From NCBI GenBank assembly GCA_054661495.1, contig BAAFSQ010000482.1:1-5340 (forward strand): DNA of 5,340 nucleotides, given 5' to 3'. The stretch's first letter is position 1. Each line of letters opens with the position of its first letter. The position numbers and the translations under genes are program-made. This stretch comes from Zygophlyctis sp. KS116. Its lineage: Eukaryota; Fungi; Chytridiomycota. This document shows, piece by piece, positions 1 through 5,340 of this stretch. The notes beneath the pieces are model-generated. The model did not search any database. It was not told where the DNA came from and saw only the letters and a program-made list of their open reading frames with translations.

Positions 1-8
1 AAAAAAAA
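1..8 (+). repeat. 5' A8 run (possible poly-A target site/TSD, or tail of an upstream tandem copy)
   Basis: aaaaaaaa at the window start, mirrored by A7 at the window end. Confidence 0.5.
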
Positions 9-26
9 CAACTTTAAGGCGCGATA

Positions 27-3000
27 ATGGCTAAATTAGTATCACGTATTTCTTTCTGGTTCTTAAACAATATTACAAATGCTAACAAAATGTTAAACAA
101 ATCGACATCAATAAACATGCACACCTATGAGATCACATTTGATCTCCTTGACCATGAGCTCTCATCTGATCTCACTCGAAATAAAAAGGCTTATAATGAC
201 CTTAATCGCTTTTATAGGATCAGACATGATCGTATCGCATTTTTGAAGATCCAAGATGATCTTGATACTACTACGAACGTTTATAATAACGTTATTCGAC
301 ATTTAGATATCTTTAAAGATATATTGTTTAAAGAAATCTTTCGAGATTTAGAGACTAAAAAGAGGGCACCTAGTGGCCTGATATATATTACACATAGAAG
401 GGTGATCACCTTCGTAATATGTAGAAAAAACAATAATCTGAATTATGCGAAACATAATTTATCTTATAGAAAAATATATTTAGAAAATCGTTTAGACAAT
501 CATATACACGGCAGTCCACTACAACTTACAGAACCATATTCCAATCATATTATTCATTATAAATTAAAGATAGAAATAATAGACACAAATATAAGGATCC
601 ATTACGTCACAGAAATGATCATAACTCGTCATCAGAATGTGGCTACGCGTCAAAAATTTACTTCTGAAATGGCACAAGGAAAAGAGAATTTCCCTGAGTT
701 CACTGAGGAAGAGTTAAAGGAATTCGGAGCTTTAACAGATATAAACGAGGCTACTTCCTTCCCACCAGAAATAGTAAAGAAAATTTGTCAAACTGTCAAT
801 GTTGCTGTTAGTATAAAACGCAAGCGCAAAGACGAGGATAGTGAAACAGAGCACAAGAAAATGAATCTTAATCAAGAACACTCAAACAAGCAGTTAAATC
901 ATGTTCCTCGAAAGACAATCAACGTCAACAGATTATACCTGGCCTCAATTGATCCTAAATTTGAAGACAAAGTTAGCGACAAAATTCAGGAGAATTTTAA
1001 AAATCAAATTCGAAGTAATTCTTTTTACCATTCCATCGCATGTATCGAGAGAGCAATTTATGATGATGAGAATACCAAATACACTCACCTTGAAACAGTA
1101 TCTGTAATCAGTTGGAAACAGTTTAATGATGCAAAAAAAATAATCACTATTAATGTTGATTCAGTAAAATTTAATCATCAACCTATCAAGGATAATACTT
1201 TAAAAGAATATATTGGCCAAATAATAATTCCTTTGCGCAATATAGATACAAATGATATAAAAACGATCCTAGAAAATGATAAATTAATGAATCAAACGAT
1301 AGAAAAATGGTACCAAACAAAATTCTACAAATATCTTCAATACGCAATATTAGAAAATGAAGATTCAAAAGTTTTATATATTACTTTTCACTACACGTTC
1401 CAGCAATGGTCGAAGATTTTTGATAAAGACAAATGGGTTAAAACAAAGAATATACTTAGAATCACGCCAAAAATACACTTCTCTGGTATTATCATCAGAG
1501 GTTATATCGAAAATACTCATATCGAAGCTATTTCAACTGGCGGATATGATATTAGAAAATCGTTTGAACAATATAAAAAACCACTGACGGTATATATAAT
1601 AGATCCTAACCATATCAGGATAAACCAGTATCTAAAAGTTCAGAAGAAAACGATCAAATCATGGAAACTGAAAAATAATAATAAAATGTATCTGAGCTTT
1701 TTACTCGGTAACCATGGAGCACATATGTTAAATGGAAACACAGACAACATGCAAATTGATACTCCACTTACCACACAAGAATCCTTTAAAATACATTACT
1801 TAAATATAAGAGGAATGAATATAAATAAACTTGAAATAATCAATAAATACATGGACAATAATCCAAAAACCATCCTTTGCGTAGCTGAGACATGGTTCAT
1901 CAAACATGAAGAAGTTCAAAAAAACAAATATTTTTTCAGCAGTAGCTTAAAACCAATATTAAAAGAAAAAGGGAGAAGACATGGTGGAGGATTATCAATC
2001 TTTGTTAGTAAAGATTTAAAAAACCACATTAAAATATCAAATCAACAACCAAATTATATAGAAACAAGTATATTAGGATCCAAACTCATCTTTGTCTATT
2101 TCAAGCCCAGTATGGGATCAGTAGAAATTAAATCTGAACTAGATAGAATTCATTACAAGAAACCTGATCTTCTTATCGGTGACTTCAATATAAACTTTAA
2201 ATTATTAAATAGCAATATACACAAACAAAATGCAGTATTGGATTATTGCAATCCAAGACAACTAAACTTGTGTGAATACAATTCAAATGATAATAACAAG
2301 TGGGACTTCTGCTTCACTACAAATAACATTAAATATCAATCAATCACATACACACGAAAAAGTAATTTTGTCAAAACCATTAAAAAGAATACAACTGAAA
2401 CAGAAATCGATCAAATAGAAATCAATGAGGAATACACGAATACAAATGATAAAGCTATCAAAACCGATCACGGGATCATAACTCTCAAGAATGTAAGATT
2501 TAAAACAACAACAGACAAAGAAGAACTCAATGACACAACCTATGAATCATACAATATTTGGAAATTACAGAATCCCACAATACGTATAAAGTTTATTAAA
2601 GAATATGAAAAAAACACAGATAATATACAAGGAATAAAAAATAGACTAGAAAATGCACAAACACCCTCTACACGACAGCAAATAATTGATGAATTCAACA
2701 ACTTTATAAATAATGCAATCCATCGTACATGCTACAATATTTTAGGAAAATCAAGATACAGAAACAAAAAAAACCCAAAAAGAAATCTACTTAAAAGACT
2801 TCAAAATTCTAATTCTGTCAGTAACACCAATCATATAATAAAATTATGGAAAAATGATAGAAATCCTATCGAACTTAAAGGAACAATTGACGAGGCAAAA
2901 AGCTATTACCAAAACTTATACAAGATAAACCAAGATAATGACATCATGGATATAGATGAAAAAGAAATTAACAATAAACGAGATCCTGAAACTAACATAC

Positions 3001-5258
3001 ATACTAATAATATTATTACTTCTCAACCAACAGCCTATAAAATATATAGTTTAATTAAAAAATACGACAGTTCAAAAGCGGCAGGACCAGAGAAAATCCC
3101 AGTTATCATTCTTAATAGACTTAAAGAATCAAAAACATTCTTAATTCATCTATCAGACTTATTTTACTATTGTTTAAAATACGAAATGAGCCCATTACAA
3201 TGGAATGAATCATTAATCTCAATTATCCCAAAAAATAATAAAAATGACTTTACAATTAATAACTCTAGAGGAATAGCACTTACCGCTGTTTTTAGACGCA
3301 TTTACGAAAAGATAGTGTTAGAAATAACACAACTAGAATCAATAAAAGATGGTTTTAAATTACATCCAAACCAACAAGGTTTCATCAAAAAAACCGGCAC
3401 AATACCCAATGCAATCATGGTACACGATAGCTTAAAATTCGGACGAAAAATTAAAATCTTCATAGACCTTAAGGCAGCATATGATAGAACAAACATAAAT
3501 CTAATATTAAAATATATGGAACAGAGACAAATACCCACCAAAATCATAAACGTTATCAAAAATCTATTTTCAAATTGTTCAAGTCGAGTATTATTTAATA
3601 ACGAAACCAGTGACACTTTCCAAAGAGAAACAGGCATCTTCCAAGGATCTATCTTAGCACCACTATTATTTAATATTTTTATAGACTCACTAGCAACCGA
3701 TCTACAAAAAGAAAGTGATTTCATACATCAAGACAATAAACAAATCCTACAAGAACAATCCGAACATAATCCCAGTAACGAAATTAGAAACAAAGTCAAA
3801 AACAGAGAATATGAAAAATGCATTAATGCAGACTGTACACATACGCTAAAACACCATGCAAATCTTCCAAATGATCATTTCATGTGCCCGATTCCACATT
3901 GCCATTACGTAGCAAGAATAAAAGGTTGTATTACAGCCCATATTAAAAAAAATCATAATAGTAATCAAGTAAATAAAGAATATTACAAACTAATGCCACA
4001 TTTCCTTTTCTTCGCAGACGATATTATTATCAACAGCACAAACGAAAACGAAGCACAAAGACTATTAAATATTATAGGAAACTGGTGTCAAGCAAACGGC
4101 ATGTCCCCAGGCTTCAACAAATGTAATTATATTAGCGATGAAGACCATGAACTAAAATTATTAAACGAAAACTTGGCACGCACAGAAACATACAAATATT
4201 TAGGTCTACCAATTAAACATGAAGGAATAGACTTCCGTACATATCTCCAAAATAAACATACGAAAACAAGAATCGAATTTGAAAAAATTAAAGTCAGTGG
4301 AAACTACCATAAGTCATATCAGCACAAAATCACTGTATTAAAATCACATGTACTATCACATCTAGAATACGCAATGGCAGTTATAGGACTGCTCACAGAA
4401 AAAGAAAGGAAAGAATTAACAAATGAAATTAAAAACATAGATATACTCATAAACCAAAGTCGTCGTTGGGCATGTAATATACCACTAAATGTAATACTAA
4501 ACAGTTGGATGACAAACATTTGGTCTTATTCAGACCTCCTCAACTACAGACAAGCCGCACTACAAGAACAAATATCAAATTTACCAGAAACAAACCCAAT
4601 CAGATCCTTAATCGAAAATACAAATATCATACCAGACAACATAAAAAAAGAATTACTATCACTTAGAACTACAAAATCTACAATATATAAGAAATTTATT
4701 GATGAAAGAAATACAAACAACCAAAAGTTAACTTTAGGACGCTACATCAATCACACCAAAAAACAATCGGTATCAATAAAACACACTGTATGCTATACAT
4801 TCCCATCAAAGAAAAATCATAAATCCAATTCTGATATAATTTTCTCATGCAAAGATCCAAAAATTCAAAAGAACGCAATATGCTGGAGACAGAGAATTGT
4901 ATATACACAATCCAAAGCAATTCATGTAGATAAACATCATAAATATAAATGCAAACATTGCGCCAAAGAATTTTCTATTGGACATGTGAAAGAATGCAAA
5001 TTAATCACTGAAGGTAAAAATAAGAACCCGAAATTGTGGCAAGCTTTCGTTAATGAAAGCAACCAATTTGAAAAGGATTATCCAGAAGCTAAAAACTACA
5101 CATTCTTAGACTTCTTGTTAAATAATCGCCATTTCAAATTATTTCAAAAACTCTATCTTATGGTCAATCATAACCTGCTTCAGAAGAGGTATCCTCAACC
5201 TTCAGAAGATAAATCATCTCCCCGGGCAGAGGACTCACAGGAGCTAAGGATGGAATAA
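27..5258 (+). CDS. Non-LTR retrotransposon polyprotein (N-terminal unknown/ORF1-like region, APE endonuclease, reverse transcriptase with inserted C2H2 finger, CCHC knuckle), 1743 aa
   Basis: Uninterrupted 5.2-kb ORF in AT-rich DNA. An in-frame TAA at 15-17 precedes the ATG, which has a strong Kozak context (A at -3, G at +4: ataATGG). Stop is TAA 5256-5258. APE and RT catalytic motifs are intact. Confidence 0.95.
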   Translation: MAKLVSRISFWFLNNITNANKMLNKSTSINMHTYEITFDLLDHELSSDLTRNKKAYNDLNRFYRIRHDRIAFLKIQDDLDTTTNVYNNVIRHLDIFKDILFKEIFRDLETKKRAPSGLIYITHRRVITFVICRKNNNLNYAKHNLSYRKIYLENRLDNHIHGSPLQLTEPYSNHIIHYKLKIEIIDTNIRIHYVTEMIITRHQNVATRQKFTSEMAQGKENFPEFTEEELKEFGALTDINEATSFPPEIVKKICQTVNVAVSIKRKRKDEDSETEHKKMNLNQEHSNKQLNHVPRKTINVNRLYLASIDPKFEDKVSDKIQENFKNQIRSNSFYHSIACIERAIYDDENTKYTHLETVSVISWKQFNDAKKIITINVDSVKFNHQPIKDNTLKEYIGQIIIPLRNIDTNDIKTILENDKLMNQTIEKWYQTKFYKYLQYAILENEDSKVLYITFHYTFQQWSKIFDKDKWVKTKNILRITPKIHFSGIIIRGYIENTHIEAISTGGYDIRKSFEQYKKPLTVYIIDPNHIRINQYLKVQKKTIKSWKLKNNNKMYLSFLLGNHGAHMLNGNTDNMQIDTPLTTQESFKIHYLNIRGMNINKLEIINKYMDNNPKTILCVAETWFIKHEEVQKNKYFFSSSLKPILKEKGRRHGGGLSIFVSKDLKNHIKISNQQPNYIETSILGSKLIFVYFKPSMGSVEIKSELDRIHYKKPDLLIGDFNINFKLLNSNIHKQNAVLDYCNPRQLNLCEYNSNDNNKWDFCFTTNNIKYQSITYTRKSNFVKTIKKNTTETEIDQIEINEEYTNTNDKAIKTDHGIITLKNVRFKTTTDKEELNDTTYESYNIWKLQNPTIRIKFIKEYEKNTDNIQGIKNRLENAQTPSTRQQIIDEFNNFINNAIHRTCYNILGKSRYRNKKNPKRNLLKRLQNSNSVSNTNHIIKLWKNDRNPIELKGTIDEAKSYYQNLYKINQDNDIMDIDEKEINNKRDPETNIHTNNIITSQPTAYKIYSLIKKYDSSKAAGPEKIPVIILNRLKESKTFLIHLSDLFYYCLKYEMSPLQWNESLISIIPKNNKNDFTINNSRGIALTAVFRRIYEKIVLEITQLESIKDGFKLHPNQQGFIKKTGTIPNAIMVHDSLKFGRKIKIFIDLKAAYDRTNINLILKYMEQRQIPTKIINVIKNLFSNCSSRVLFNNETSDTFQRETGIFQGSILAPLLFNIFIDSLATDLQKESDFIHQDNKQILQEQSEHNPSNEIRNKVKNREYEKCINADCTHTLKHHANLPNDHFMCPIPHCHYVARIKGCITAHIKKNHNSNQVNKEYYKLMPHFLFFADDIIINSTNENEAQRLLNIIGNWCQANGMSPGFNKCNYISDEDHELKLLNENLARTETYKYLGLPIKHEGIDFRTYLQNKHTKTRIEFEKIKVSGNYHKSYQHKITVLKSHVLSHLEYAMAVIGLLTEKERKELTNEIKNIDILINQSRRWACNIPLNVILNSWMTNIWSYSDLLNYRQAALQEQISNLPETNPIRSLIENTNIIPDNIKKELLSLRTTKSTIYKKFIDERNTNNQKLTLGRYINHTKKQSVSIKHTVCYTFPSKKNHKSNSDIIFSCKDPKIQKNAICWRQRIVYTQSKAIHVDKHHKYKCKHCAKEFSIGHVKECKLITEGKNKNPKLWQAFVNESNQFEKDYPEAKNYTFLDFLLNNRHFKLFQKLYLMVNHNLLQKRYPQPSEDKSSPRAEDSQELRME
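816..830 (+). other. Candidate nuclear localisation signal KRKRK (aa 264-268)
   Basis: Basic cluster KRKRK, followed 8 residues later by KK, within a charged, probably disordered stretch. Confidence 0.5.
1710..1739 (+). other. NxxxHxxNGN motif (NHGAHMLNGN, aa 562-571), candidate polyprotein processing site
   Basis: Reads MYLSFLLG-NHGAHMLNGN-TD and ends 16 aa before the first APE strand (KIHYLN). Function is inferred from recalled similarity to a viral motif. Confidence 0.5.
1785..2490 (+). other. APE-like (exonuclease/endonuclease/phosphatase family) endonuclease domain
   Basis: Motifs in the expected order: YLNIRG (1797-1814), CVAETW (E621, 1887), GGGLSIFV (1983), VYFKP (2094), IGDFN (2175-2189), WDFCF (D760, 2304), TDH (2463-2471, equivalent to SDH). 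Confidence 0.92.
3075..4215 (+). other. Non-LTR-type reverse transcriptase domain (motifs 0-7)
   Basis: KAAGPEKIP (motif 0, 3075), W..S.I.IIPK (3201-3233), SRGIAL (equivalent to YRPISL, 3264), QQGF (3372), FIDLKAAYD (3459-3485), GIFQGSILAPLLFNIFID (3633-3686), FADD (4011-4022), GMSPGFNKC (4098-4124), YKYLG (4191-4205). Confidence 0.96.
3879..3956 (+). other. Classical C2H2 zinc finger inserted within the RT domain
   Basis: FMCPIPHCHYVARIKGCITAHIKKNH = F-x-C-x4-C-x12-H-x4-H (C1287, C1292, H1305, H1310), with a hydrophobic Ile three residues before the first His as in the C2H2 consensus. Confidence 0.85.
4950..4997 (+). other. C-terminal CCHC zinc knuckle
   Basis: CKHCAKEFSIGHVKEC = C-x2-C-x7-H-x3-C, in the usual post-RT position for non-LTR ORF2 proteins. 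Confidence 0.8.
5178..5209 (+). repeat. 10-bp direct repeat CTTCAGAAGA x2
   Basis: Exact copies at 5178-5187 and 5200-5209, each preceded by AAC (directly, or with CTG between). Confidence 0.75.
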
Positions 5259-5292
5259 TGGATAGAGACCATCGGCATTCAATATAATGTCT

Positions 5293-5328
5293 CGGAATTT
5301 AAATTTATTAAATAAATATAATTTTCCG
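5293..5328 (+). other. Imperfect 3' UTR stem-loop
   Basis: CGGAA (5293-5297) pairs with TTCCG (5324-5328). Inner ATTTAT (5303-5308) pairs with ATAAAT (5312-5317). Confidence 0.5.
5311..5316 (+). promoter_or_regulatory. Polyadenylation signal AATAAA
   Basis: Canonical hexamer ending 17 nt before the terminal A run, with an overlapping ATTAAA at 5307-5312. Chance occurrence in AT-rich DNA is possible. Confidence 0.6.
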
Positions 5329-5333
5329 TTGTT

Positions 5334-5340
5334 AAAAAAA
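5334..5340 (+). repeat. 3' poly(A) tail / A-rich target site
   Basis: A7 at the window end, 75 nt after the stop codon. Confidence 0.6.

Larger units (their letters stand above)
27..1739 (+). other. N-terminal ~570-aa region of unknown function, putative ORF1-equivalent
   Basis: Lies upstream of the APE domain. Contains KRKRK (816-830) and weakly RRM-like beta-alpha segments (RLYLASIDPKF ~930, GQIIIPLRNIDTNDI ~1215, GIIIRGY ~1485). No gag-type CX2CX4HX4C knuckle. The ORF1 assignment is positional inference. Confidence 0.45.
1..5340 (+). mobile_element. Apparently full-length APE-type non-LTR retrotransposon (LINE-like), single-ORF architecture
   Basis: APE + RT + CCHC domain order in one ORF. 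No LTRs, integrase, protease or RNase H motifs seen. AATAAA at 5311-5316 and a 3' A tail at 5334-5340. A-rich sense strand, as in L1-like elements. Exact boundaries are uncertain because no flanking DNA is visible. Confidence 0.93.

Noticed and set aside
1-200. HDV-like 5' ribozyme as in R2 or L1Tc
   Set aside because: I could not build the nested double pseudoknot by eye. A covariance-model search would be needed to exclude it formally.
901-1587. Short alternative-frame ORFs (901..1107 +, 1186..1368 -, 1357..1587 +)
   Set aside because: 60-76 aa, fully nested in the main ORF, with no motifs. Lengths are compatible with chance.
1640-1790. Canonical 2A peptide or frameshift at the ORF1/ORF2 junction
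   Set aside because: There is no D(V/I)ExNPGP and the frame is continuous, so no frameshift is needed.
3302-3724. 140-aa antisense ORF
   Set aside because: Lies opposite the conserved RT core and has no recognisable motifs. Best explained as a shadow ORF of the A-skewed sense strand.
3705-3990. Intein or nested mobile element as the RT insert
   Set aside because: At about 80-90 extra aa it is too short, and it lacks intein splice-junction motifs in proper positions, terminal repeats or an evident TSD.
4319-4519. 66-aa hydrophobic antisense ORF
   Set aside because: Its hydrophobicity follows from the T-rich antisense strand. No independent support.
5175-5250. Hammerhead-like fragments (CAGAAGA-GG..CC on +; CTGTGAGTCC on -)
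   Set aside because: The core CUGANGA is imperfect and there is no correctly placed GAAA or closing stems.
4998-5258. Restriction-like endonuclease or RNase H after the CCHC knuckle (Dualen/R2-like)
   Set aside because: Only ~86 aa remain, with no RH...PD-(D/E)xK or RNase H catalytic pattern.
27-5258. Bacterial RT system (group II intron, retron, DGR, Abi) or Penelope/telomerase RT
   Set aside because: The APE domain, CCHC knuckle, non-LTR RT motifs, AATAAA and A tail all indicate a eukaryotic LINE. No GIY-YIG or intron RNA domains were seen.

Overview
The window holds one apparently full-length, intact eukaryotic non-LTR (LINE-type) retrotransposon, AT-rich and strongly A-skewed on the + strand, bounded by A8 at the 5' end and A7 at the 3' end. 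A single 1743-aa ORF (27..5258) encodes, in order: a ~570-aa N-terminal region of unknown function (possibly ORF1-like, with a KRKRK NLS candidate), an NxxxHxxNGN motif, an apurinic/apyrimidinic-like (APE) endonuclease, a reverse transcriptase (catalytic FADD) and a C-terminal CCHC knuckle. A short 3' UTR follows, with AATAAA and an A tail. Two features are unusual: (1) a classical C2H2 zinc finger inserted inside the RT palm, between the QG motif and FADD; (2) an NxxxHxxNGN motif, resembling a putative processing motif I recall from toti-like RNA virus polyproteins, at the junction where other LINEs have an ORF1/ORF2 break or a 2A peptide. Clade and host cannot be determined from the sequence alone.
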